A DNA stretch of 64,000 bases, from the NCBI GenBank assembly GCA_943788295.1, contig CALSPS010000002.1, forward strand, positions 187,352 through 251,351. The letters are read 5' to 3'. Positions 37,649-46,215 of this stretch are shown here, piece by piece (positions within the stretch are counted from its first letter, which is position 1; each line of letters opens with the position of its first letter). Source of the stretch: Candidatus Poseidoniaceae archaeon (GTDB lineage: Archaea > Thermoplasmatota > Poseidoniia > Poseidoniales > Poseidoniaceae). The position numbers and the translations under genes are program-made. The notes beneath the pieces are model-generated. The model saw nothing but the letters and a program-made list of their open reading frames with translations, was not told the DNA's origin and did not search any database.

Positions 37649-38026
37649 TCACTCTTCTTCATCCCAAAGCGTCCTTTCGCATTTGGAGCATTGGAAAGCA
37701 ACTGGTTTGGGGCCATCGACCGTGGTAACATGCCCACATGGGCCGCAAAGGATGGTTGAACGAATTGGCTCATCCAGCGTCACATCGACCCGAAACATCA
37801 CTCGGCCAGCATCCGGCATCTTCTCGGCACTAGGTTGCCAATGTTCAATTTCCTCTGGTGTCATGCTCCGTTGCGAGGTCATGGTCATTCCAACAAGGAA
37901 CAGCACGATTCCCGAAATGCCAATCGTACCACCCATTGCGTACAAACCTCCAACCGATAGGAAGGCACCAGTGACAATGCAAATAATCGCAGCGATGAGA
38001 AAATTTTCTTTCGCATTTTGCATCAT
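37649..38026 (-). CDS. Small membrane protein with two TM helices and a C-terminal zinc ribbon
   Basis: TM helices are FLIAAIICIVTGAFLSVGGLYAM and GISGIVLFLVGMTM. The C-terminus has CGPCGH ... CSKCE. It sits between pheS and the aminotransferase on the same strand. Confidence 0.4.
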   Translation of the reverse strand: MMQNAKENFLIAAIICIVTGAFLSVGGLYAMGGTIGISGIVLFLVGMTMTSQRSMTPEEIEHWQPSAEKMPDAGRVMFRVDVTLDEPIRSTILCGPCGHVTTVDGPKPVAFQCSKCERTLWDEEE

Positions 38027-38035
38027 GGGTCAACC

Positions 38036-39394
38036 TCAGGATAGGGCGTGAGCTAGTGCTTGGGCGACACGGGGGATCTGGGCGAGTGGTATTGCACACA
38101 GACCAATGCGTACGCCTCCTGTGAGTGGGACTAAGAACACATTTTGTTGAGCACAAGCCTCAGCGATTTCTGCTGGTTGGTCATGCTCAAGCCAAGCAAA
38201 GAATCCATCGTGCGTTGGGTTGAGGGGGACATTGAGTTCTTCACATGCTGCAGTGAATGCCATGCGTCGCTCGCTCAGCAAGGATTGAAGTCGGTCTCGC
38301 TCTTTGCTCCATGCGGCTCCAGTTTCATCGGATGCGTGCAGTTCACTCACGGTGTACTGGGACACCCGTGGAGCAGCAGACCATGTTTGACGGCCGGTGA
38401 CGCCCATCACAGTATCGATGCGTTCTGTCACCGCTGCGTCTGGGTGAACGCTGACCAAAGCACCGGTTCGCAATCCATAGATGGTATGGGATTTTGACAA
38501 TGAAAGAGCAAACGTGATCAGAAGGTTTTCCGGCCAAGGCCAGCCGTTTGTCATGGCTTCATGGAGGGTCTCAGCCCAACCATGAGGCTCTTCGGCATAG
38601 AGGTGATATGCAGCATCAAGCAAGAGCGTGTGCCCAACATCCTCGTTGACAGAGGCGCTTTCCATCACGGCTTCTAACAGCGCCATGCGTCCATCTGCGG
38701 TCAGGGAGAGTCCCGTAGGGTTGTGTGCAGGATCGTTCAACCACATCATCACCTTGTCTTGTTTCTTGCACAGTCCTGAAAGTTGGAGTTTGAAGCCCTC
38801 GATGTCCACGTAGGGGTAGGGGCTGCTGTTTTCTGGCAACAGCGGGTAAGTCGTCACCTTGAGGTCACATCCCGAAAGGAATCCTTTGTATGGACCCCAA
38901 TGTCGGTCACGCAACATGACATGGTCGCCTCGATTGGCGAAGTTCGTCGCTGCGAGGTAAAGCGCACCCGAACCTCCCGCAGATGCGGTTGCAGTGATGG
39001 AAAGGCCCATCGCCTCCAATTCGTTTCGTCGGTCTCCAAGGGCTAATGTTTTCGCTAAATCAAGAAAAGCCGGCAGTCCCTTGAGTGGGGCATAGGCTGC
39101 GATTTCGACCGGTGGTGCCTTTCGAACAGCCTCATCAACAACTGCGTTGATGGCAAGCGCACCATCGTCCTCAAGCAAAGCACCAATCGTGCCGTTGACA
39201 GCATCAATGCCTTCTGCTACGGCGTTCTGGTAACGCCCCCACCAAGCAAAGATTGTATCACTTCCCACTTTTGTCTGTGCGTAGGGGTTCAGCAAACCTG
39301 CACCGGCGTCGTGGTCCATGAGGGTGCGAATGCGGGTTTGCTCTTTGAGTTGCCTCTCGGTTTTGGTAGGGAAGGCATCCGTTTCATTCATCAA
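38036..39394 (-). CDS. Aspartate/aromatic amino acid aminotransferase (class I, subfamily Ia)
   Basis: Colinear with the AspC/TyrB architecture. The PLP lysine lies in FALSLSKSHTIYGLRTGAL (compare SFSKNFGLYGERVG), and NPTG is present. The N-terminus may start at a later Met (MDHDAG, 39319). Confidence 0.75.
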   Translation of the reverse strand: MMNETDAFPTKTERQLKEQTRIRTLMDHDAGAGLLNPYAQTKVGSDTIFAWWGRYQNAVAEGIDAVNGTIGALLEDDGALAINAVVDEAVRKAPPVEIAAYAPLKGLPAFLDLAKTLALGDRRNELEAMGLSITATASAGGSGALYLAATNFANRGDHVMLRDRHWGPYKGFLSGCDLKVTTYPLLPENSSPYPYVDIEGFKLQLSGLCKKQDKVMMWLNDPAHNPTGLSLTADGRMALLEAVMESASVNEDVGHTLLLDAAYHLYAEEPHGWAETLHEAMTNGWPWPENLLITFALSLSKSHTIYGLRTGALVSVHPDAAVTERIDTVMGVTGRQTWSAAPRVSQYTVSELHASDETGAAWSKERDRLQSLLSERRMAFTAACEELNVPLNPTHDGFFAWLEHDQPAEIAEACAQQNVFLVPLTGGVRIGLCAIPLAQIPRVAQALAHALS

Positions 39395-39438
39395 GGGTTA
39401 GCCTTTGGCCGTACCATCGCCTGTGTAGCATAGCTGGT

Positions 39439-39511
39439 AGTGCATCGGATTTGTAATCCGAAGGCCGGGGGTTCGAGTCCCTCCGCAGGCTCCTTTCATC
39501 GATAAGACCGA
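39439..39511 (+). tRNA. tRNA-Thr (anticodon TGT)
   Basis: Hand-folded: acceptor gcctgtg/cgcaggc (one G-U pair), D arm gcat-agctggta-gtgc, anticodon arm tcgga-tttgtaa-tccga, T arm ggggg-ttcgagt-ccctc, discriminator U73 followed by cc. Confidence 0.85.
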
Positions 39512-39524
39512 TAACTCGGTTGTT

Positions 39525-39989
39525 GTGTCAAAAGACATGCGCCCATTCCACCTTGCGTTTCCCGTGACGCACCTTGAATCGACAGAATCCTTCTATGTCG
39601 ATGTTCTTGAATGCAGCATTGGCCGGCGAACCGACCGATCGATCAATTTCAATTTTCATGGCCATCAGATTGTGGCTCACCTTGTTGAATCAATGCCCGA
39701 TGCAACCGACGGGGGCCGTATCGATGGGCGTCAAGTTCCTCCGTTCCATTTCGGTTTGGTCATGGAATGGGATCAATGGCATCGCCTTCGCGACCGCCTT
39801 GAAGCGATGGACATTGAGTTCCGGCTTAAGCCTCATATCCGCTATCCAGGGACAGTTGGTGAACAATCCACTCTGTTTCTCGACGATCCTTCTGGGAATG
39901 CCTTGGAATTCAAATCATTCCGCGAGGATGAACGTTTGTTCGCCACACTTCCGGGCAACGAACATGCGCCCGGCGGTGGAGCCCTCTAA
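39525..39989 (+). CDS. VOC (glyoxalase/bleomycin-resistance/extradiol dioxygenase) family protein
   Basis: FHLAFPVTHLESTESFYVDVLEC matches the VOC beta-alpha-beta-beta-beta N-terminal module. 154 aa. Confidence 0.5.
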   Translation: MSKDMRPFHLAFPVTHLESTESFYVDVLECSIGRRTDRSINFNFHGHQIVAHLVESMPDATDGGRIDGRQVPPFHFGLVMEWDQWHRLRDRLEAMDIEFRLKPHIRYPGTVGEQSTLFLDDPSGNALEFKSFREDERLFATLPGNEHAPGGGAL

Positions 39990-40026
39990 AGCGAACGCTC
40001 AAGGTTGAAGAGCGGCTGGCCAAAGC

Positions 40027-40902
40027 ATGGTCGCCCAACGCCTGGACGGGAAACTCTGCGCTGCAAGCGTGGAAGAAGAACTTCAGGGGCGAATCAGCGC
40101 TTGCCAAGAAAAGGGAATAACGCCGCATCTTGCGGTTGTGATCGTAGGGGACGATCCTGCAAGCCACGTGTATGTGAACTCCAAAGTGAAGGCGTGCAAG
40201 CGACTTGGCATCAAGAGCACGCACATCGAACTCGCGGCCTCATCCACAGAAGCAGAAGTTCGTGATGTCATTCATCGCCTCAACAGGGATACAAGTCTAC
40301 ATGGAATCCTTGTTCAGTCTCCACTTCCTTCTCACATGGATGAAGAGGGTTTAACCGACCTCATCGACCCATCAAAGGATGTTGATGGCTTTCATCCTCA
40401 AAACCTTGGACGCTTGGTTCAAGGGCGTCTTGACGGCATGCTGCCCTGTACCCCAAGTGGTGTGATGCGAATGCTAAGATGGGCCAACATCGATTTGACG
40501 GGCCTGCGCGCTGTTGTTCTTGGCCGTTCACGAATTGTCGGTATGCCACAAGCCTTGCTGCTTGGTGCGAAAGGGGCCGACGCAACAGTGACCGTCGTTC
40601 ATTCTCGCACCAAAGACGCACAGGCTGTGTGCGCTCAAGCAGATGTGGTTGTCGCCGCCATTGGTCGACCTGAAATGGTCACGGTAGATTGGATCAAACC
40701 GGGTGCAGTCGTGGTTGACGTCGGCATCAATCGCGTCGATGATGCAACCCGTGAACGTGGCTGGCGATTAGCGGGTGATGTTCATCCAGATGTTGCGGAA
40801 AAAGCGGCATGGTTGTCTCCTGTTCCAGGTGGCGTAGGTCCAATGACCATCGCGATGTTAATGGAAAACACAGTGCGTGCAGCTGAACAAAACGGTAACT
40901 GA
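40027..40902 (+). CDS. folD: Bifunctional methylenetetrahydrofolate dehydrogenase/methenyl-THF cyclohydrolase
   Basis: LDGKLCAASVEEEL...PHLAVVIVGDDPASHVYVNSKVKAC and VVLGRSRIVGMPQALLL are canonical FolD motifs. Confidence 0.9.
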   Translation: MVAQRLDGKLCAASVEEELQGRISACQEKGITPHLAVVIVGDDPASHVYVNSKVKACKRLGIKSTHIELAASSTEAEVRDVIHRLNRDTSLHGILVQSPLPSHMDEEGLTDLIDPSKDVDGFHPQNLGRLVQGRLDGMLPCTPSGVMRMLRWANIDLTGLRAVVLGRSRIVGMPQALLLGAKGADATVTVVHSRTKDAQAVCAQADVVVAAIGRPEMVTVDWIKPGAVVVDVGINRVDDATRERGWRLAGDVHPDVAEKAAWLSPVPGGVGPMTIAMLMENTVRAAEQNGN

Positions 40903-40912
40903 GGATTGATCT

Positions 40913-41713
40913 ATGGAACAAAAAGCCCCACGACTTTCGAGCGCTTCACTTGTCGTTGGTGGTCTTTGTGTTGCTTTTGCCATTCTCAACAGTACGGCCG
41001 ACCTCATTTTACAAGCAGGACTGACCGTCGAAGAAGTTGCCAGCCTCGGTCTTGCTGGATGCTGTTTTGTTGTCTCCTTCCTTGCTTCTCGCGAACGTCC
41101 AATCCCAGAACTGTTGAACCAACCGACCATTCAAGAGCAATACGACGCCCTTGAATCAACGCCAACACCCTACCGTTCATCATCCGCAGAACAATCCCCG
41201 CAGCACTCTGGAATGACGCCGGTATCGCCCACACCCGTGATGACCATGCCGGCGTTTGAACCGCTAGCAGCGTCTGCTCCTATTGAACGCGCATCAGTGC
41301 CAAACGCCGAGGATGTGGCATCGGCTCTCGCATCGCTTTCCTCCGGCTCAATCGGCACGGCTGCCGCAGAGCAAGTTGCCGTTCACCCCGCCCCTCACAT
41401 CCATACTGAACAGGGGCGCGAGTTTACACAACCCGTCGGTTCACTGGCAGAGTCCTTCGTGAGGACACCAATCACCAACGTCCCTTTGCCCGGTAAGATG
41501 AATGAGCCAGAACCAGCACCGCAAACGCTTGATGGGTTGCCTTCAATGCCTGATTTGGATGAATTGCTCAACGCACCCCCTGCGCAGTCAGCAGTTTCCC
41601 CGCCTTCTGTGCCCTCGCTTCCAGACCTTGATGCCTTGCTCAACAGCGTTCCATCACCGGTTCACGAAGCGCCCGTCACGCCTGACTTGCCCGACCTCGA
41701 GGGGTTGTTTTGA
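40913..41713 (+). CDS. Pro/Ser/Ala-rich membrane protein with C-terminal LPDLDxLLN-type repeats (hypothetical)
   Basis: Two N-terminal hydrophobic segments (LVVGGLCVAFAILN, LGLAGCCFVVSFLA). A low-complexity Pro-rich tail follows, ending LPSMPDLDELLNAPP...LPDLDALLNSVP...LPDLEGLF (three copies of an LPDL[DE]xL motif). Confidence 0.45.
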   Translation: MEQKAPRLSSASLVVGGLCVAFAILNSTADLILQAGLTVEEVASLGLAGCCFVVSFLASRERPIPELLNQPTIQEQYDALESTPTPYRSSSAEQSPQHSGMTPVSPTPVMTMPAFEPLAASAPIERASVPNAEDVASALASLSSGSIGTAAAEQVAVHPAPHIHTEQGREFTQPVGSLAESFVRTPITNVPLPGKMNEPEPAPQTLDGLPSMPDLDELLNAPPAQSAVSPPSVPSLPDLDALLNSVPSPVHEAPVTPDLPDLEGLF

Positions 41714-41744
41714 ATCCGTACGAAGTTCAATAGAGGTTGGTATC

Positions 41745-42632
41745 ATGGAACAAATCATGTGGTCTGATGCGTTTGATTTGCACAGCCATTCCACAAACAG
41801 CGACGGTGAGCATTCTGTCGACCGTGTGGCCGAGCTCATGGCTGAAGCAGGTGTAAAGCACTGGGCCCTTACTGACCACGACACCATCGCAGGTTGGGAT
41901 GATGCGAAGCTCGCTGCCCAACAAGTAGGAATCGAATTCATCCCAGGGGTTGAGATCACATGCGAACCAGGGCTTGCCGTTTGTGAACAAGAAATGCAGC
42001 GTTGGCAGCGAGATCGGGCTCCAACGTCTTGGCACTTGTTGGCGTACTTTCCACCTGCAACCACCTCTAAAGTGCAACGAGAAGAATTCCGTCAATGGCT
42101 AGCACCGCTTGGCGAAAGCCGCGGCCCAAGAATGGAAAAGATGGTTGCTTTGGCCAACCAGCATGGCATGAACATCGACCTCGATTCGGTCATGGCTCGA
42201 GCAGAGGGATCTGTTGGGCGCCCACACCTTGCGGATGAATTAATTGCCAAAGGGTTTGCAGTTGACCGTCAAGACGCCTTCGACCAGTGGCTGGGGGATG
42301 GTCGGCCATTGGCCATCACACGCTCAAAACCCTCAATTGAAGAAGCCACTCAAGCCGTGCATTCTTCCGGTGGTTTTGTTTCTCTTGCTCACCCCATCTA
42401 TTACGGGGTAGAAGCCAAAACGCTAGCAAAACATTGCAGTGCATTGGGCGTTGATGCTATCGAATGCTTCCACCGAAGTCATCCTGATTCCTATCGGCAC
42501 GCAATGATGATGGCTGCAAGGGAGCATGGAATGCACTTGACCGCAGGTTCAGATTTCCACGGTCTTTCTTCGATGCAAACACCCGGTAAAACTCCACTGC
42601 CCTTAGCGGATCTTCCACCATCGCTTGGATGA
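41745..42632 (+). CDS. PHP-domain phosphoesterase (TrpH/YciV-like)
   Basis: FDLHSHSTNSDGEHS...HWALTDHDT is the PHP His-cluster signature. Start set at ATG 41745 (MEQIMW); the track ORF from 41502 overlaps the upstream gene in another frame. Confidence 0.75.
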   Translation: MEQIMWSDAFDLHSHSTNSDGEHSVDRVAELMAEAGVKHWALTDHDTIAGWDDAKLAAQQVGIEFIPGVEITCEPGLAVCEQEMQRWQRDRAPTSWHLLAYFPPATTSKVQREEFRQWLAPLGESRGPRMEKMVALANQHGMNIDLDSVMARAEGSVGRPHLADELIAKGFAVDRQDAFDQWLGDGRPLAITRSKPSIEEATQAVHSSGGFVSLAHPIYYGVEAKTLAKHCSALGVDAIECFHRSHPDSYRHAMMMAAREHGMHLTAGSDFHGLSSMQTPGKTPLPLADLPPSLG

Positions 42633-42650
42633 TTCAATGAAGGGCCATTC

Positions 42651-43487
42651 TCACTCAGCAACAGGTTTGCGAGTGATGGTATCGATGATCAGTGCTGCTT
42701 CGAACAGAAGAATCACAGGCATGGCCACAAGGAAAAGGGACAATGGGTCGGGCGGTGAAAGAAAGGCACCAAGAACAAAAGCGCTGAACCAAATGTGCCT
42801 TCGGACCTTTCGTACATCAGACCTCGATGCAATTTGAAGTCGTAAGACAAGCAAGGTCGCAACCGGCGCTTGGAACCCAATGGCTGAAGCGACGGCTAAG
42901 TTAGCGATGAACCCGACATAGCCTGAAAGGCGCCATTCGGTTGAAAGTCCAGCACTTTGCGCATCGTTGGTGAGGTATTCCAGGAGCATTGGGGTCAGCA
43001 AATTCCAGGCATACATGACACCTAAGCACGCGAGGGCAACGCTTGACACAATGGTGAGGACAAGGGTGGCGCTTGGTCGCGGAGCCGTCGCTTTTAGTTC
43101 ACGCATACGTTGCTTGAGATCTGGATTCTTGCTGCCCAGCCATGCGCCTTCACCAAACAATAAGACCAGCACTGAAAATGCTCCGCAATACGCTGCAAGT
43201 TTGACTTGGAGCAAAATAAATTCCACTGGTGTGAGCACGATGATGTTGACATCATCTGGCAACCGGTTAGGTTCAATCAACCAAGCAATGAACATCGATG
43301 TGAGTGGAAAACAGACCACAAAGGTCAGGCCAAAGGCAGCGGCTAGCAGCCTCACGCGACGTCGCAGATGAGCCTTGATATCCAGCAGCAACCTACCACC
43401 GGGGCTATCCATGAGTTCCCCGACCGAATCGGCCAGTTCAGTCGCTCCGGCCATGGTCTGTGGAGGGGCAACGCCCTCATAACACAC
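42651..43487 (-). CDS. tatC: Sec-independent protein translocase TatC
   Basis: Six TM helices. DIKAHLRRRVRL resembles the TatC N-terminal LxEHLxELRxRL, and FLSPPDPLSLFLVAMPVILLFEA the C-terminal SPPD...LYE motif. Start uncertain (43487, 43454 or 43412). No tatA seen nearby. Confidence 0.65.
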   Translation of the reverse strand: MCYEGVAPPQTMAGATELADSVGELMDSPGGRLLLDIKAHLRRRVRLLAAAFGLTFVVCFPLTSMFIAWLIEPNRLPDDVNIIVLTPVEFILLQVKLAAYCGAFSVLVLLFGEGAWLGSKNPDLKQRMRELKATAPRPSATLVLTIVSSVALACLGVMYAWNLLTPMLLEYLTNDAQSAGLSTEWRLSGYVGFIANLAVASAIGFQAPVATLLVLRLQIASRSDVRKVRRHIWFSAFVLGAFLSPPDPLSLFLVAMPVILLFEAALIIDTITRKPVAE

Positions 43488-43493
43488 ACCATT

Positions 43494-44933
43494 TCATTCG
43501 TTTTCCCAAATGTGCGAGGGGGTTGAGTCAATGAAGCTTCGACCGTGCTTCTTCAAGCGCCACAAACGATGGATGACAAAACCGGTGATCCATAGCGAAG
43601 GTAAGGACAAGAGAAACGCTTGCCACATAACGTCTTCATGATAGTCATTGAGGACTCGGACTTGGACCACATCCTCGTCACCAGTGCTTGGGTTGTGCAT
43701 CACGACAAGGCTGTAGACCTTAGGCGAATCAATTTCAAGCATCAGTGTTGAATTTGGAGCGACCGTGTAGTGCTCTCCCAGAGTTTTCATAATCGACCAA
43801 TCAATGGAGCCATTCTCCATAGCAGGAGGAGCAGATTCCACGATTAACACCACCACCTCGAGGGTGATGTCTCCATGGAGGTTTGTCACGGTTGTGTCGA
43901 CCGTGTTGCCTGGGTCGAATTTTTGGATAATTTCGAAGGTTGAATCTTCAGGGCCAAGCTGGTAAGACACCCTCTCGTCCATCGTTGCCGTTTGTGCATT
44001 GACGGCCATGAAAATGAGCGCCACCATGACCAAGGTTACAATCCCTTCAACGGTCACATGCCGACGAACTTTTGGAATGGTGAATCCTTTGAAGAAACCA
44101 CCGTAATCGTTGCGCAATCTTGGTTGAAGGTGGTGGATGAATAAGGCACCCACTCCACCAACCAGCATACCGAGCGGGATGTCGACAAACCAGTGGATGC
44201 CAAGGTAGAGGATCGTGAAGATGAACAGCGCAGTGTTGAGGCAAACGAAGATGTGGTAGCGGTAGTGCTGCCATTCCTTCATTTTACCACCCGCTTCCCT
44301 TACATGCAACCAATTGAGCAGGATGATGCCGAACGGAATGGCGACATGGAGCGATGGAACTGCGTTGTCAAGTGGGTCATGTAGGGCGTAGAAGACATTG
44401 TACCATGCTTCGTGGTAGAGCAGAGCATCCATCCCCGGAATCCAAGAAGAGGTCACTTCGACGTTGAAGAACAGGTAATATGGAACAGCAATCGCGTAAA
44501 TCAACAGGTAATTGAGCGTCACTTTGTCCGTCATGTCCCTGTCTCCAGTGTAGGCAAAATACACCGTTGTGACATAAATGAGGAAGAGGTAGATGAACAA
44601 GTAATGGAAATTAAGGAATGAGGTCAGCGCTTGGTTGGCAAAGAAATTTTGAATGTGAAGTGTGAAATCTCCCTCAATTGAATGGACCAATTCTGTCCAG
44701 TGCCCCGTCTGCATCTTGATTGGTTCATTCAGTGCGTCGGTGATTGCCTTCCAACGAATGATGACGATGTACCCCATGGCGTGCAGGTAGTACCTTTGAT
44801 CGTGAATCACTTCAGCCCATTTCCCTAAAGGAGTCCTCATGTTCTTATCATGGAGGGTGAAGAACCAACAAATGATTGGCGTTAGAACCAAAATGAGTCC
44901 CATCATGATTCCATACGGGTCCATATTTGCCAT
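43494..44933 (-). CDS. PAP2-superfamily membrane phosphatase fused to a C-terminal extracytoplasmic domain and terminal TM helix
   Basis: About 8 TM helices. PAP2 motif 2 PSLHVA and motif 3 GIHWFVDIPLG are present. A ~150-aa soluble domain and a final TM (WQAFLLSLPSLWITGFVIHRLW) follow. Confidence 0.5.
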   Translation of the reverse strand: MANMDPYGIMMGLILVLTPIICWFFTLHDKNMRTPLGKWAEVIHDQRYYLHAMGYIVIIRWKAITDALNEPIKMQTGHWTELVHSIEGDFTLHIQNFFANQALTSFLNFHYLFIYLFLIYVTTVYFAYTGDRDMTDKVTLNYLLIYAIAVPYYLFFNVEVTSSWIPGMDALLYHEAWYNVFYALHDPLDNAVPSLHVAIPFGIILLNWLHVREAGGKMKEWQHYRYHIFVCLNTALFIFTILYLGIHWFVDIPLGMLVGGVGALFIHHLQPRLRNDYGGFFKGFTIPKVRRHVTVEGIVTLVMVALIFMAVNAQTATMDERVSYQLGPEDSTFEIIQKFDPGNTVDTTVTNLHGDITLEVVVLIVESAPPAMENGSIDWSIMKTLGEHYTVAPNSTLMLEIDSPKVYSLVVMHNPSTGDEDVVQVRVLNDYHEDVMWQAFLLSLPSLWITGFVIHRLWRLKKHGRSFIDSTPSHIWENE

Positions 44934-45018
44934 GGGCCTGCTTGACTGCTTTAGGCGTTATGACGTCAAATGACGCCGAGCGTATGTTTCAACAATAGCC
45001 TGCGTCACCGGCCAAGAG

Positions 45019-46212
45019 GTGAAAGGGGATGGCTTCTTCCTGTGCTATGGGAGGACCATGTGGAAGCCTGCACCTGAGAACACTCTTGAGAGTCTGAGGC
45101 ACGCAATTCAGATGCATGATGGCATCGAATTCGACCTCCGACTCACCAAAGACAAGGAGGTTATCATTCACCATGATGGGATCGTCTCTGTTCCCAAAGA
45201 AAAGTTGGGCTCAGGTGATGCTTGGGTTGAACACCGCACTCTAAGCGAACTCGAATCGTTTGGATTTTGTTCCTTCCGTAGCCTTCTCGAAGATTCGATT
45301 GTGCACTCCGAATGGCGCGACAATGGTAAAATGGGCTGTGTTGAATTGAAACGGCCTCATCCCAAAACAGATGTTGGCGGCGGGTACTTTGGTGCAAGCC
45401 AACACAGAAAACACATCACTCAGTTGATCAACGCCTCCGATGCGATCCTCAATGAATTTGAGATTCCTCATGAAAATACGGTGTTTTACGCCTTTCACCG
45501 TGGAATGAAATCGTCCATCAAAACTTCCTCCACCACCCGTCCTTGGGCTGAACTTCTCCCGTACATTCCTCCGTTTGGAAACCGGACCACAAAGCGCCTG
45601 CGCGCCCTCCCACAATTCCTGACTCACTCGTTCTCCAAATTGGTTGAAAGCCATAGCGGGAGTGGCGCTTCGATGATTCCTGCAGCCATTGAATATTTTG
45701 TGCCTCCAATCAACAAGATGCCAGTCGGCAAAAAGGTAGGCCTTAGCGGAAAAGGTGCGGAACACCTCAAGGCCGTCCAGGGGGGTTTCCCCGTGTATGT
45801 TTGGCCAACGAAACCAGACGTAGAGCACATGTTGCTCGCTGCTGGCCTCACAGGGCTAACCGATCATGCGGATCCGGATTTGACTTGGCTGCCCAGCGGT
45901 CATGCACGCTGGACACAACCAGCTAGCCTTCCACTTGATGTGGAACAAACAGAACTGCTGAAATCAGCGACCAAAGCCACTCACCTCGATATTCTAAAGG
46001 AATTGAAAACCAACGTTACTCCGTGGACTGAATGCAACCCGAGTGAGCGTTCTTCCCTTATTCAGATGTGGTCAAAACGCTGGTCGTGGGGCGAGATGCC
46101 GAAGCAGAATCAACATGTGGTCTCCAAAGATTCGAACAGCCCCCCGTGGCAAGCAGTTCGATTGATTGGTCACAGAGGATCGGGCAAGACTTCCCGTCCA
46201 GTCTTGAATTGA
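45019..46212 (+). CDS. Glycerophosphodiester phosphodiesterase (GDPD) family protein with C-terminal extension
   Basis: The N-terminus is YGRTMWKPAPENTLESLRHAIQMHDGIEFDLRLTKDKEVIIHHDG (HRG..PENT...E.D..LTKDG..V..HD). The TIM-barrel end is GLTGLTDHADPD. The C-terminal ~100 aa end with a second HRGSG-type motif. Confidence 0.6.
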   Translation: MKGDGFFLCYGRTMWKPAPENTLESLRHAIQMHDGIEFDLRLTKDKEVIIHHDGIVSVPKEKLGSGDAWVEHRTLSELESFGFCSFRSLLEDSIVHSEWRDNGKMGCVELKRPHPKTDVGGGYFGASQHRKHITQLINASDAILNEFEIPHENTVFYAFHRGMKSSIKTSSTTRPWAELLPYIPPFGNRTTKRLRALPQFLTHSFSKLVESHSGSGASMIPAAIEYFVPPINKMPVGKKVGLSGKGAEHLKAVQGGFPVYVWPTKPDVEHMLLAAGLTGLTDHADPDLTWLPSGHARWTQPASLPLDVEQTELLKSATKATHLDILKELKTNVTPWTECNPSERSSLIQMWSKRWSWGEMPKQNQHVVSKDSNSPPWQAVRLIGHRGSGKTSRPVLN

Positions 46213-46215
46213 TGT

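Noticed and set aside
42651-43487. Looked for a tatA partner next to tatC
   Set aside because: No short ORF with the TatA TM-plus-amphipathic-helix pattern was found in the adjacent 500 bp on either side. tatA is presumably elsewhere.
45241-45828. 195-aa minus-strand ORF inside the GDPD gene
   Set aside because: Antisense to a gene with clear GDPD motifs; no motif of its own.
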